Assembly (NCBI GenBank): GCA_965248535.1
Contig: CBDFJR010000002.1
Coordinates: 1,728,001-1,792,000, forward strand
From: Phormidesmis sp.
Lineage (GTDB): Bacteria > Cyanobacteriota > Cyanobacteriia > Leptolyngbyales > Leptolyngbyaceae
DNA length: 64,000 nucleotides
Direction: 5' to 3'
In this document: positions 29,178 to 39,719 of the stretch, piece by piece
How positions within the stretch are numbered: the stretch's first letter is position 1
How the letters are laid out: each line of letters opens with the position of its first letter
Made by a program: the position numbers and the translations under genes
Notes under the pieces: generated by a model
The model's database searches: none
The model's input: only the letters and a program-made list of their open reading frames with translations
Told to the model about the DNA's origin: nothing

Positions 29178-29436
29178 AGGAAAGGGGGAAGGGTGAAACG
29201 GTGTAAGTCTGCGATCGTGTCTGCAAGTCTCTCAAGAGCGAACTGCGATCGTCCTTCCATGCTAAACGCTCTGACGAATTCCCAGACACTGACCCTTGAT
29301 CGTTAGGGCGCTAGCCGCCAATTTCAGCAGAGTTTCAGGTCGCAGTTTAAGCCACTGACTTGAACCAACGAGTGGACGATCGCGATCGAGCTAGACGACT
29401 CAAAACCTTTTGTTCCATAAACCATTTCTCTGATCT

Positions 29437-30669
29437 GTGGTCATAATGGGGGCTGGTTTAAAAATGCCATTGAGCGCGAGGAATGGGTTGTCTAAAACGA
29501 CTGAGATTCTAACCAATCGACTGAGAGTGGGGGTGCAGGCGCTGATCGCAGTCGTGTGCTTCGTGAGTCTGATTTGGGTAGCTCACCCAGCCGTCTCTCA
29601 AGAAAAGGGTCTCGACGACCTCAAGCAGCAGCAGCAGCAAATTGAGCAGCAGCGATCGGCGGTGCAAAAAGAGCGCGATCGGGTGCAAAATCTAGAAAAA
29701 TCTGCTCAGACTAATCTCAAAGGTCTTCGCAAAACGATTCAAATCACCGCGGGGCAGGTGCAGACTAGTGAAACGAAGCTGAAACAGGCAGCCCAGCAGC
29801 TTAAAGCGCTGCAAATTGCGTTAGACTCCGCCGATCGCACCTATCGCCAAAAGCAGGCAGCAACGGGGTCTCGACTGCGCTTTTTGCAGCGCCAGCAGAG
29901 AAGTCACGGCTGGGCAGTGCTGCTGCAAAGTCAGAGCCTCAATGATTTTATTGATCGTCGTCAGCAGCTAAAGCGAGTCTATAAGACCGATCGTAAGATC
30001 CTGACAGATTTGAAATCAGCCGCCGTTCGGCTCGATCGGCAACAAAATCAGGTCGAGCAGCAAAAAAACCAGATTGCGCTCATTACCCAAGAGCTATTGG
30101 CGCAAAAGTCAGAATTTGAGGCGCAGGCAGACTATCAAACTAAAGTGGTCGATCGCTTAAAGACCGATCGCCGAGCGCTCGAAGCTGCCGAGGCTCAACT
30201 GGCTAAAGATTCTCAAGGCATCGGATCACTGATTCAAAAAAGAGTGGCCGAAGAACGCGCCAAAAACGGCATTGTTGTCTTGGGTACGGGGCAGATGAGC
30301 TACCCCAGTGATGGCGAGATCACGAGTGGGTTTGGCTGGCGAATGCACCCGATTTTGGGCTACCAGCGCTTTCACTCTGGCGTAGATTTTGGGGCTGACT
30401 ATGGCAGCACGATTCGATCGTCCGATCGGGGCTTGGTGATTTTTGCCGGATGGTATGGCGGCTATGGCAATGCGGTAATCATTGATCACGGCAACAACAT
30501 TACAACCCTTTACGGACATACAAGCGAACTCTATGTCTCAGAAGGGCAAGCGATCGAGCGAGGGCAACCGATCGCCGCAGTTGGCTCAACCGGACTCTCG
30601 ACCGGGCCTCACCTGCATTTTGAAGTTAGACAAAACGGCGAACCTGTTGACCCAATGAGCTACTTTTAG
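29437..30669 (+). CDS. Coiled-coil + M23 peptidase (EnvC-like)
   Basis: Long coiled coil; HSGVD, YGH, GPHLHFE. Confidence 0.92.
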   Translation: MVIMGAGLKMPLSARNGLSKTTEILTNRLRVGVQALIAVVCFVSLIWVAHPAVSQEKGLDDLKQQQQQIEQQRSAVQKERDRVQNLEKSAQTNLKGLRKTIQITAGQVQTSETKLKQAAQQLKALQIALDSADRTYRQKQAATGSRLRFLQRQQRSHGWAVLLQSQSLNDFIDRRQQLKRVYKTDRKILTDLKSAAVRLDRQQNQVEQQKNQIALITQELLAQKSEFEAQADYQTKVVDRLKTDRRALEAAEAQLAKDSQGIGSLIQKRVAEERAKNGIVVLGTGQMSYPSDGEITSGFGWRMHPILGYQRFHSGVDFGADYGSTIRSSDRGLVIFAGWYGGYGNAVIIDHGNNITTLYGHTSELYVSEGQAIERGQPIAAVGSTGLSTGPHLHFEVRQNGEPVDPMSYF

Positions 30670-30747
30670 CGATCGAGCGAAGGCAAGATTCAAATTTTAT
30701 GCCTCGTTGTCATCTCTATTTTCGGTGCTACAATATTGGCGTGACGA

Positions 30748-30820
30748 GGGCGTGTAGCTCAGTGGATAGAGCATCAGATTCCGGTTCTGAGGGTCGCAGG
30801 TTCGAGTCCCGCCATGCTCG
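30748..30820 (+). tRNA. tRNA-Arg (CCG)
   Basis: Cloverleaf GGGCGTG…; anticodon arm TCAGA-TTCCGGT-TCTGA; GGTTCGAGTCC T-arm; TGCTACAAT extended -10 just upstream. Confidence 0.96.
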
Positions 30821-30827
30821 TATAGAT

Positions 30828-30868
30828 AAAGCCTTTGAGAAGTGTTCATTTCTCAAAGGCTTTAATTT
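30828..30868 (+). terminator. Terminator hairpin after tRNA
   Basis: AAAGCCTTTGAGAA…TTCTCAAAGGCTTT followed by a T-rich tract. Confidence 0.75.
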
Positions 30869-30890
30869 TTAAAGATCGGGTTAACGCACC

Positions 30891-32399
30891 ATGACTGACT
30901 CGCCTAGCTCACCTGTGACGCGCAAATCTAGCCAAACCAAACACACGCTTTCGCTGTCTGATCGGCAGATCCATTACACTGCATCTGCTGAGTGGCAGAC
31001 ATTATTTGACCAAGAAAAGCCGATCGCTGAGATGTTTCACGTCGCTTATCTGGCAGAAACCGATGACGCATCAGCACGTCCGATCACGTTTGTGTTTAAC
31101 GGCGGCCCCGGAGCCGCGTCTGCTTACCTACACATGGGAGCGTTGGGGCCAAAGCGCATTCAATTTGGGGTTAACGGCAAGTTGCCCAAACCTCCTGTGC
31201 GGCTAGTAGACAATCTTGAAAGCTGGTTGAGCTTTAGTGATCTGGTGTTTATCGACCCGATCGGGACGGGGTTTAGTCGAAGTTTGCCCAAAGATAAAGA
31301 TGCTGCGGATAAGTCGGGCGACAAGTCTGACTCTAACGAAGCAACGCCGTCTAAAGAAACTGACTTTTGGGAGGTCGAGAGAGATCTAAAATCTCTGGGA
31401 GAGTTCATTCAGCGATTTTTGTCTCGTCAAAAACGCTGGCTGTCTCCGATTTTTATCGCAGGTGAAAGCTATGGCGGCTTTCGAGTGGCCAGGCTGGCCC
31501 GCAAGCTGCAACAAGATTTTGGCGTTGGGCTTTCGGGCGCAATTCTAATTTCTCCGGCTCTAGAATTCAGCTTGTTTGGTGGAAATGACTACACGCTCAC
31601 GTCTTGGGCGACGTTGTTGCCATCTTTAGCGGCGGCAGCGGCTCACCACGATCGCGCTCAGTGGGTGGGTCAACCAGGAGACTTGCAGGCTCAAATCACG
31701 GCAGCCGAGCACTTTGCCCGCCGAACTCTAATTCCGTTTTTGGCGATCGGGGGCAGCAGCACCGCCGAAGAACGCCAGACCGTTTATCAGCAGTTAGCCG
31801 ATCTGATTGGCTTGCCCTTGGCGCTGGTTGAGCGACACGCCGGAAGAATTGGCATTGATGTCTTTGCGAGAGAGTTGCTGCGTGACCAACAGCGCATTGT
31901 TGGACTCTATGACGCATCGATTACGGCGATCGACCCGTTTCCCGATCGGGTGACTTATCAGGGCATCGACCCCACCCTAGACGGACTCGATCGCTTGTTT
32001 ACGGGGGCGATCAACAGTCAGTTGCGCGACACCTTAGAGCTTGAAACAGACCTGTCTTATCACCTGCTCAACCTAGAAATCTTTAAAGCCTGGAAGTTTG
32101 ATCTCAAAGGTGAGTTAGACCTGGGTTCGATCGACGATCTGCGGGTAGGAATGACCCTTAACCCCTATATGCAGGTTTACATTACTCACGGACTTTTTGA
32201 TCTGGTCACGCCCTATTTTGCCTCTAACCATTTAGCTGATCTGATGAAACTCGATCCTGAGATTCGCCCCAATCTCACGCTGAGTCACTATCAGGGTGGT
32301 CATATGTTTTATGCGTGGGATCAGTCGCGGCAAGCTTGGTTTGCGGAGATGCAATCTTTCTATCGACAGGCGATCGCGCCAGAAAACTCTAACGGATGA
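30891..32399 (+). CDS. Serine carboxypeptidase, family S10
   Basis: FNGGPG, DPIGTGFS, GESYGG, GGHMFY. Confidence 0.93.
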   Translation: MTDSPSSPVTRKSSQTKHTLSLSDRQIHYTASAEWQTLFDQEKPIAEMFHVAYLAETDDASARPITFVFNGGPGAASAYLHMGALGPKRIQFGVNGKLPKPPVRLVDNLESWLSFSDLVFIDPIGTGFSRSLPKDKDAADKSGDKSDSNEATPSKETDFWEVERDLKSLGEFIQRFLSRQKRWLSPIFIAGESYGGFRVARLARKLQQDFGVGLSGAILISPALEFSLFGGNDYTLTSWATLLPSLAAAAAHHDRAQWVGQPGDLQAQITAAEHFARRTLIPFLAIGGSSTAEERQTVYQQLADLIGLPLALVERHAGRIGIDVFARELLRDQQRIVGLYDASITAIDPFPDRVTYQGIDPTLDGLDRLFTGAINSQLRDTLELETDLSYHLLNLEIFKAWKFDLKGELDLGSIDDLRVGMTLNPYMQVYITHGLFDLVTPYFASNHLADLMKLDPEIRPNLTLSHYQGGHMFYAWDQSRQAWFAEMQSFYRQAIAPENSNG

Positions 32400-32467
32400 C
32401 AGACTTCTAGTTGTGACAAATGCGTTACATTACGTGATGTAAGTTCACATTAGAAAGACGTTTAGCC

Positions 32468-32731
32468 ATGATTCCTGATTTGATGGCGGCAACCCGCGAC
32501 TATTGGCACCAGCTAGACCAGCTAGAAGCCGCCTATCAGCGAGGCGAAGTCTCAACGGCTGAGGTCAACGCCAAAGTTAAAGCATTAATGGCTGGTTTGA
32601 GCCGATCGCGCCGCGAGTCTTTCACCGCTTTATGGAGTGGAATGGGTCGATTTTGGGAGGATCAGCGAGACGCGATCGTAGGTGTTGCCGGGCTAGGCGT
32701 TTTGACCTATGGTTGGCTTCTCGCTCGCTGA
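32468..32731 (+). CDS. Small hypothetical protein with C-terminal TM
   Basis: ORF with a helical N-part and hydrophobic tail. Confidence 0.6.
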   Translation: MIPDLMAATRDYWHQLDQLEAAYQRGEVSTAEVNAKVKALMAGLSRSRRESFTALWSGMGRFWEDQRDAIVGVAGLGVLTYGWLLAR

Positions 32732-32739
32732 CCAGGGTC

Positions 32740-35346
32740 TTATCGAACCGCCGCAGGCATTCCCAAAATGTCTTCAATGCGAGGCATTTCCTCAAGCGGA
32801 ATCACGCGACCCTCATCGGCAAACCCCGCCATCTGATCGAAGTTGAGATAACGATAGAGATTATCCGCAAACGGGTTGATCTTGTTCGCCATCATCTCCA
32901 AATATTCCGGCACCGTGGGAATGCGACCCAAGAGCGCACAAGCCGCCGCCAGTTCCGCAGAGCCGAGATAGACTTGAGCGCCTTTGCCCATGCGGTTGTT
33001 GAAGTTGCGGGTTGAGGTCGAAAACACAGTCGTGTTATCCCCGACTCGCGCCTGGTTGCCCATGCAGAGAGAACACCCTGGCATCTCAGTGCGAGCACCC
33101 GACGCGCCAAAAATGCCGTAGATGCCTTCTTCTTTAAGCTGGTGCTCATCCATGCGGGTTGGTGGACAGATCCACAGCCGACTGGTCACGGGCGGAACAC
33201 CTTCTAAAACCTTCGCAGCAGCGCGATAGTGACCGATATTGGTCATGCACGAGCCGATAAAGATTTCGTCGATTTTGTCGCCCGCCACTTCTGACAGCAG
33301 TTTGATGTTGTCGGGGTCATTGGGAGCGGCCACGATCGGTTCTTTAATCTCGTTCAGGTCAATCTCAATAATCTCCGTATATTCTGCATCGGCATCGGCT
33401 TCGAGCAAAATCGGGTTTGCTAGCCATTGCTCCATTTTGGCGACGCGACGCATAATCGTCCGGGCATCTTCATAGCCGCGAGACACCATGTTAGTCAGCA
33501 GCGCCACATTCGATCTTAGATACTCCGACACCGTTTCGATGCTGAGTTTAATCGTGCATCCTGCACACGATCGTTCGGCGGAGGCATCGGTTAGCTCAAA
33601 GGCTTGCTCAACTTTGAGATCTGGCAACCCTTCGATTTCTAGAATCCGCCCCGCAAAAACGTTCTGTTTGTTTTCTGTGCTAGCGGTCAGCAACCCTTTT
33701 TGAATCGCCACATAGGGAATGGCATTCACCAAATCTCGCAGCGTGATGCCGGGCTGCATCTCGCCCTTAAAGCGGACGAGAACCGATTCGGGCATATCGA
33801 GGGGCATGACCCCGATCGCCGCCGCAAAGGCCACCAGTCCCGACCCTGCCGGAAAAGAAATTCCCAACGGGAAGCGGGTGTGAGAATCGCCCCCAGTGCC
33901 CACGGTGTCAGGCATCAACATCCGGTTAAGCCAAGAGTGAATGATGCCATCTCCCGGACGCAGCGCTACACCGCCCCGCGACGAGATAAAGTCGGGCAAG
34001 TCGTGATGAGTTTTGATGTCAACGGGTTTGGGATAGGCGGCAGTGTGACAAAAACTCTGCATGACTAAATCAGCGCTGAAGCCCAGACAGGCAAGCTCTT
34101 TGAGTTCGTCGCGGGTCATGGGCCCCGTTGTATCTTGAGATCCGACAGTGGTCATTGCAGGTTCACAAGACATTCCCGGACGCACACCCGGCAGACCGCA
34201 GGCTTTGCCAACCATCTTTTGCGCTAGGGTAAAGCCCTTACCCGTATCCACAGGCAATGTGGAACGAATGAACAGATCACTAGGTTCTAGCCCTATTGCA
34301 GCGCGGGTCTTGTCGGTCAAACTCCGCCCAATGATTAACGGAATTCGTCCCCCAGCCTGCACTTCATCGGTGATCACTTCTGGCTGCAAATTAAAGGTTG
34401 CAATGACTTCTCCCGCTTCGTTCGTCACTTCACCTTTAAACGGGTGAATCGTGATCACCATGCCCGTCTCCATCTTTGAGACATCACACTGGATCGGCAG
34501 CGCGCCAGAATCTTCGGCTGTGTTGAAAAAGATCGGCGCGATCGTGCCGCCCAAAACATAGCCGCCCGTGCGCTTGTTGGGCACAAAAGGAATATCTTGT
34601 CCAATGTGCCAGAGCACCGAGTTAATCGCAGACTTGCGTGACGATCCCGTCCCGACAACATCGCCCACATAAGCCACGGGATGTCCTGTTTGCTTAATCT
34701 CCGCCAGAGTTTGCAATCCGCCGGGCATCCGCGTCTCTAGCATTGCCAGGGCGTGAAGGGGAATATCGGGGCGAGTCGTGGCGTGAGTGGCCGGAGACAA
34801 ATCATCGGTGTTGGTTTCGCCGGGCACTTTAAAGACCACCACCGTGATCGCGTCTGCCAACGAGGGACGATCGGTAAACCACTTTGCCTCAGCCCAAGCC
34901 TCTATCACCTGTTTAGCATAGGCATTGGTTTCTGCTAGCACCTGCACATCGTGAAAGGCATCAAAAATCAGCAGCGTTTTGCTGAGGGCGGCTACCGCTT
35001 CGGCCGCTAACTCTGCATCGTCAGATTGCAGCAGCGCGATCAGCGAGTGGACGTTATAGCCGCCCATCATCGTGCCCAGCAGCGTCACCGCATACTTAGG
35101 AGAGATCAAAGGACTCGTGATAGTTTTTTGGGCGATCGCCGTCAAAAACCCCGCTTTGACATAAGCCGCTTGATCAACGCCGGGAGGAACCCGATCGCGC
35201 AGCAGTTCTAGTAGCGTCTCTGCTTCGCCTGCGGGGGGAGTTTTGAGCAATTCACACAGCTCAGAGGTTTGTTGAGCACTAAGCGGCAGTGGCGGAATGC
35301 CCAGAGTGGCGCGCTCGGCAGCGTGTTGGCGGTAGGATTCAAGCAT
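32740..35346 (-). CDS. acnB: Aconitate hydratase B
   Basis: [40 protein letters not shown]. Confidence 0.98.
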   Translation of the reverse strand: MLESYRQHAAERATLGIPPLPLSAQQTSELCELLKTPPAGEAETLLELLRDRVPPGVDQAAYVKAGFLTAIAQKTITSPLISPKYAVTLLGTMMGGYNVHSLIALLQSDDAELAAEAVAALSKTLLIFDAFHDVQVLAETNAYAKQVIEAWAEAKWFTDRPSLADAITVVVFKVPGETNTDDLSPATHATTRPDIPLHALAMLETRMPGGLQTLAEIKQTGHPVAYVGDVVGTGSSRKSAINSVLWHIGQDIPFVPNKRTGGYVLGGTIAPIFFNTAEDSGALPIQCDVSKMETGMVITIHPFKGEVTNEAGEVIATFNLQPEVITDEVQAGGRIPLIIGRSLTDKTRAAIGLEPSDLFIRSTLPVDTGKGFTLAQKMVGKACGLPGVRPGMSCEPAMTTVGSQDTTGPMTRDELKELACLGFSADLVMQSFCHTAAYPKPVDIKTHHDLPDFISSRGGVALRPGDGIIHSWLNRMLMPDTVGTGGDSHTRFPLGISFPAGSGLVAFAAAIGVMPLDMPESVLVRFKGEMQPGITLRDLVNAIPYVAIQKGLLTASTENKQNVFAGRILEIEGLPDLKVEQAFELTDASAERSCAGCTIKLSIETVSEYLRSNVALLTNMVSRGYEDARTIMRRVAKMEQWLANPILLEADADAEYTEIIEIDLNEIKEPIVAAPNDPDNIKLLSEVAGDKIDEIFIGSCMTNIGHYRAAAKVLEGVPPVTSRLWICPPTRMDEHQLKEEGIYGIFGASGARTEMPGCSLCMGNQARVGDNTTVFSTSTRNFNNRMGKGAQVYLGSAELAAACALLGRIPTVPEYLEMMANKINPFADNLYRYLNFDQMAGFADEGRVIPLEEMPRIEDILGMPAAVR

Positions 35347-35544
35347 GGTTTGATAATCTCATACGATCGGCATTCAACGATTTTGCGGGGTCAGTCGCCC
35401 AGTTTCAACCTTTAGAGAAATTCTGTCAGGTTTCCGCTCTTCTTTTAGTATGAAAAATTTCTTTATGGGTTGGGGTTAAATGCGCGATCGGGCGATCAAT
35501 CGATCGTTTGTGGGGGTTTCTAGACAAAGCTCGAAAAGGGTGAG

Positions 35545-37305
35545 TCAGCGGTCAAAGAATGCCGCGATCGATTGCTTTAAATATTCCAACTGAAAATATT
35601 CAAATAAGCGATCGCCAGAATCGGCTCTTACTAGCCCTAAAATCACCTCTGGCAGCGCCGCTCGACCCGGAAACACGAGATAGCGTGGCTCCCACTGTGG
35701 CTGAAATTTTTCCTTAAATTGATGCAGCCCTTTGAAGTTATAGAACTGGTTAAGGTGGTTAAACAGATAATTTAGAGCTTTCTCAACCCTGCGAGCAGTC
35801 GGCTTTGCGCCAACGCCTGCCAGGGGTGAAAGACTGAGATTAAAACTGTCGTATTTTGCCTCTTTAAAGTGTTGAAACATTGAGACAAACAAAAAATCCA
35901 TGGTGCCTTTTTCGGCATCTAATCGGTGACGCATTAGATCGATCGTCACTTCTCTGCGGTTATAGCCAGACAGCAAGTTTGCAAAAGCGACCACCTGATT
36001 GTCAGCATCATAGACGACGGCGATCAAGCAATCGCCCAAATAGTCTTCATCAAACCAGCCGATCGAAAACTGTTTTTCTGACCCTTGCTTGTCTTTTAGC
36101 CATTCGTCGCTGACGGGTTTTAGCTGCTGAAATAATTCTGGTGGAATCGGCGATTCATACAGGCTAAAACGGTAGCCTGCTTTGGCCGATCGATTCAGCG
36201 CTGTGCGGAGATTTTGCGCTGCTTTTCCTTTGAGGGTAAAGGTGGTTAAGTCTACGATCGCTTCTTCGCCGATTTGAATCTGCTGAAACCCTAGCTTAGA
36301 GTAGCGCTCTAGCTGATCGGTTGCGGTTTCATAAAAAGCGGGAAACCAGTCGTTGCGATCGCAAAATTGACTAAAGGTAAGAATTGCTTCGACCCGATCT
36401 TGCACCGGACCGATGGGATCGCCCAACGCGATCGCGGCTCGGCCTTTAGACACATAGGCGATCACACTTTGCCCAGACGGACTGAAATAGTAGCTCTTAT
36501 CTTTGAGCAACGCCAGCCGCGCTAGCGAGGTCTGCCCAGATTGGTCGATGATCTCTCTAGCGCGTCTACGATCGCTCACAGTTGCCGGAGCACCCCGCAG
36601 CAACACCGGCCGCAACAGCATGAACAATGCATAAATTAATGTGGTTGCACCGACAATATAAATAGAATTAATGAAAAACGCGCCATAGCGAGTGGTGGGT
36701 TCTAGCCCAGCGTTATCTTCAGTAAAAAAGATCGCTAACGTTTGCTCGATCGAGGCAAACAACCCAAAATTAATGGGTTCGCCATTGACTTTAAAGCGTC
36801 CATCCAGCACATAAAAGCCAGCCGTTCCATAGGCGATCGTAAACAGCAGTGCCCCAATCAAAACGCGAACGCCTTGAAAAATAGACGGGCGATCGGAGCG
36901 CGCCGTAAACGTTTTCCGCATCACGATGAGTTGGATGAGAGGCACGATCGCAAACAAGCCTTCTTCATAGTCCAGCCCTTTGATCAGATGGCTGGCGATC
37001 GAGAGTCCCAGCAGAGCCACCGTCAGCACCCAGGCCACATGCTTACGTCGTAAAAGATTGGCAGACAGCGTGAGCAGCAAAAAGCCCGTCAGTGCCGCAA
37101 AGACGTGCCCCCCCGCTCGAATCGGAAAGGGGAAAACAGGCATGAGCCATCTGACCCGTTCGGGGAGGCTGGGTGACACCGCCGACAATACATTCACTAA
37201 GCCGACTAAGCCCGTCCAGATCGAGACAGTCCATAGCGCGATGCGAGTTCGATGTTTTAGCCCGATCGACATGGGCTTAGGTTTGGGCCGCTCCTGTGCG
37301 CTCAT
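35545..37305 (-). CDS. MprF/DUF2156-type aminoacyl-phosphatidylglycerol synthase-like protein (short form, no full flippase domain)
   Basis: ~6 TM, then ALGDPIG, IGEEA, DLMRH, FYNFKGLHQFKEKFQPQWEPRYL. Confidence 0.88.
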   Translation of the reverse strand: MSAQERPKPKPMSIGLKHRTRIALWTVSIWTGLVGLVNVLSAVSPSLPERVRWLMPVFPFPIRAGGHVFAALTGFLLLTLSANLLRRKHVAWVLTVALLGLSIASHLIKGLDYEEGLFAIVPLIQLIVMRKTFTARSDRPSIFQGVRVLIGALLFTIAYGTAGFYVLDGRFKVNGEPINFGLFASIEQTLAIFFTEDNAGLEPTTRYGAFFINSIYIVGATTLIYALFMLLRPVLLRGAPATVSDRRRAREIIDQSGQTSLARLALLKDKSYYFSPSGQSVIAYVSKGRAAIALGDPIGPVQDRVEAILTFSQFCDRNDWFPAFYETATDQLERYSKLGFQQIQIGEEAIVDLTTFTLKGKAAQNLRTALNRSAKAGYRFSLYESPIPPELFQQLKPVSDEWLKDKQGSEKQFSIGWFDEDYLGDCLIAVVYDADNQVVAFANLLSGYNRREVTIDLMRHRLDAEKGTMDFLFVSMFQHFKEAKYDSFNLSLSPLAGVGAKPTARRVEKALNYLFNHLNQFYNFKGLHQFKEKFQPQWEPRYLVFPGRAALPEVILGLVRADSGDRLFEYFQLEYLKQSIAAFFDR

Positions 37306-38351
37306 TGGTTGGGTTCTCCCTGGGGTTGAGCGGTGGGTGCTGCTAAAGTCTTAGGCATCTCTGGCTGACGAGTTCCCTGGGTTACTGGCGGTTGCATGTC
37401 TGTTTTGGTTGCGGGAGGGGCATCAGCGGGCGATTTGGGAAGAGAAGCTCTAAATTGTTTGCCGACAAAGGTCAACGAGTCAGCTAAATGAGTGTGCCAA
37501 TAATTCCAGCCTACGTTTTTTCCGACGATCCCGTGTCCTCCAGGAAACACGTTGAATTGATTGGGAATGTTCAACTGATCAAGGGCTTGGTGAAACTGCT
37601 GAGTTGCCTGCAAATATTTAGCATCTTCTTTTCCTGCATCTAAGTACACCCGCAATTGAGGACGAATTTCTAGGGGAATTTGCTGAATAAACAGTTGAGG
37701 GCTGTTGTCTTCGCCACTATTATCTTTAAAGTAGCCCGTGTGGCTGAAGAGGATATGAAATTCATTGAGGTAGCGCAATCCAATATTCAACGCTCCCCAA
37801 CCGCCAGACGATAGCCCCCCGATCGCCCAAAATTGGGGTTCTCTAAGCGATCGATAGCGAGTTTTTACATCGTTGACCAGATCTGAGCCAATGAGGGTGG
37901 CCACTTTGCCGTTATCTCCGTCGTAGTATTGAGGATCCCATAATGGGCTACTGCCTCGATGGTCGTTGCCATCGGGTGTGATGATGATTGAGGGCGGAAG
38001 CTTACGATCGCGGTAAAGGTCATGCAGCACTGAGGTGAGGGCAGCTTTATCTTCAAAGTCTCGCTCGGTGCCGTGCCCTCCGTGCAGCAACACAATCACG
38101 GGATAGCGTCGATGGGGCTTTTTGCCATAACCAGGCGGCAGCACCACTCCATATCGCCGTTCACCACCCATTGCCTCGCTGTTAAACGTTTGGACTTTGA
38201 AGATCAGTCCTGTTTCTGGCTCGGCTTGCGGCGCGTCGATTTGAGGCGCACCTTCTATAAAAATATACCAATAGCCTGCGGCAGCTAAAGCCGTTAGACC
38301 GAGAGCACCGCCGATGATCAGGTTGCGATAGAGGTTTTTAGAACGCTTCAT
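37302..38351 (-). CDS. Membrane-anchored putative esterase (alpha/beta hydrolase)
   Basis: LPPGY, LLHG, GLSSGG nucleophile elbow, GGH; ATGA overlap with the MprF-like gene; start at MKRSK. Confidence 0.85.
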   Translation of the reverse strand: MKRSKNLYRNLIIGGALGLTALAAAGYWYIFIEGAPQIDAPQAEPETGLIFKVQTFNSEAMGGERRYGVVLPPGYGKKPHRRYPVIVLLHGGHGTERDFEDKAALTSVLHDLYRDRKLPPSIIITPDGNDHRGSSPLWDPQYYDGDNGKVATLIGSDLVNDVKTRYRSLREPQFWAIGGLSSGGWGALNIGLRYLNEFHILFSHTGYFKDNSGEDNSPQLFIQQIPLEIRPQLRVYLDAGKEDAKYLQATQQFHQALDQLNIPNQFNVFPGGHGIVGKNVGWNYWHTHLADSLTFVGKQFRASLPKSPADAPPATKTDMQPPVTQGTRQPEMPKTLAAPTAQPQGEPNQ

Positions 38352-38884
38352 GCAGAAAGAGACATAGCAAGACAGTTTGACCCATTTAGGATAGACGCAG
38401 TTTGCAGAAAATCTCAATCTGGCCTTGTCAGTTCATTTTTTGGGTACAGACTCAGGGTTTTTGGGCTTGGAGCGAGTTTTCTCAGACTCCTCAGCCTTCT
38501 ACGACGTGATGGTCTCGATTTGGGCACCCTAGTGCTAGACAGTCAGAGGCAAGTTTGGGGCAACTCTAACTGACTAACGAGATGAGTTTAGCGACTTATT
38601 CTGATGAGTGTCACCGTTGCTCTAGGGCTTTTTGCCTGCTTTATAAAGTGACAGAATTCATGAATAGAGCGGACGGGAAATCGGAATATTTGCTTCAGAG
38701 TAAACCCGTAGAACTACCGTGGCATGATCCCAGAGAGGATGTTAATTCTCTATAAAGACTAGAGACGCTTCCAAAACAAACCTTGACGACGCTGATGAGT
38801 TAACGACTTGAATCTTATCTGGATTTTTGAGTTAACTGATTGATCGAACGTCTCTTAAACAGTTAGTTCCTAAAGCATTGAGGC

Positions 38885-39520
38885 ATGACGATGAGCGAGA
38901 TTACTAAAGAAGAAGTCCGTGAAAAGCTCGGTAATATTGACCAAATTCGTGACATTATTTTTGGGTCACAAATTCGGGAATACGACAACCGCATCAGCAA
39001 GGTTGAGTCTGATCTCTTGATGGTGCAGCAAGACCTGCGCGATCGCCTTGAGCAGGTCAAAAACGGGGTTTCTATTGAGCTTAAAGCTGCCGTCGAAGCG
39101 ATAGAGAAAAAGCTGAAGCTGTTCAATTCTTCTTCTCAAGAAGAGTGTGCAGATTTACGGCAGCAGATCGATCGCGCCAATCGCAGATTTTCTAGCAGCA
39201 TCCAAGCGCTAGATGAAGCGTTAGATTCTCAAACTGCCTCGATTCGCAGCGACTTGGGTGACACCAAGAACAAGCTTCAAGACGATGCAGGAGCGCTAAG
39301 AGATTTGGTGTTAGGAGAACTCGATCGGCGGTTTTCTCAGTTAAGAGAGACAAAAGTCTCTAAAGATGACATCGCAGAAAGCTTGTTTGAGCTTGGAATG
39401 CGGCTAAAGGGAACAGAGTTTGTGCCTAAACTGCGAGAAGTTGCCAACAGCAGCCATCATACCTCTGTGCCTTTGTTAGAAACACGCAAATTTTCGGAAG
39501 AGTTGACTCATTCAACTTGA
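38885..39520 (+). CDS. Coiled-coil hypothetical protein
   Basis: IDQIRDIIFG…EY motif followed by heptads. Confidence 0.8.
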   Translation: MTMSEITKEEVREKLGNIDQIRDIIFGSQIREYDNRISKVESDLLMVQQDLRDRLEQVKNGVSIELKAAVEAIEKKLKLFNSSSQEECADLRQQIDRANRRFSSSIQALDEALDSQTASIRSDLGDTKNKLQDDAGALRDLVLGELDRRFSQLRETKVSKDDIAESLFELGMRLKGTEFVPKLREVANSSHHTSVPLLETRKFSEELTHST

Positions 39521-39559
39521 GGTTTCTTCCTCAAAATGGATTGCTATCAACCTTCTAAA

Positions 39560-39698
39560 TCTGCCATTTGTCACTGGTCGATAGCCTCCTACGCAAATCT
39601 GCCTCCTAAATCTCCTGATTCTGGAGGGCTTTGATTCCGGTTCCCTCAGAATTGGGGCTAGGTGGGCTTCCGACGATTCGCATTTGGTGAATGGCAGA
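39560..39698. repeat. MITE-like stem-loop repeat
   Basis: Ends TCTGCCATT…AATGGCAGA are inverted; internal CCTAAATCTCC…TTCTGGAGGG…CCCTCAGAATTGGGGCTAGG resembles the 12690 element. Confidence 0.5.
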
Positions 39699-39719
39699 CT
39701 GCGAATGCCGAACCCGTGA

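Noticed and set aside
32411..32450. CRP-like half sites (TGTGA…TTACA, CGTGA…TCACA)
   Set aside because: Spacers are 8 and 7 nt rather than the canonical 6
30748..32731. tRNA-Arg as an island integration site
   Set aside because: No integrase and no duplicated tRNA 3' end seen
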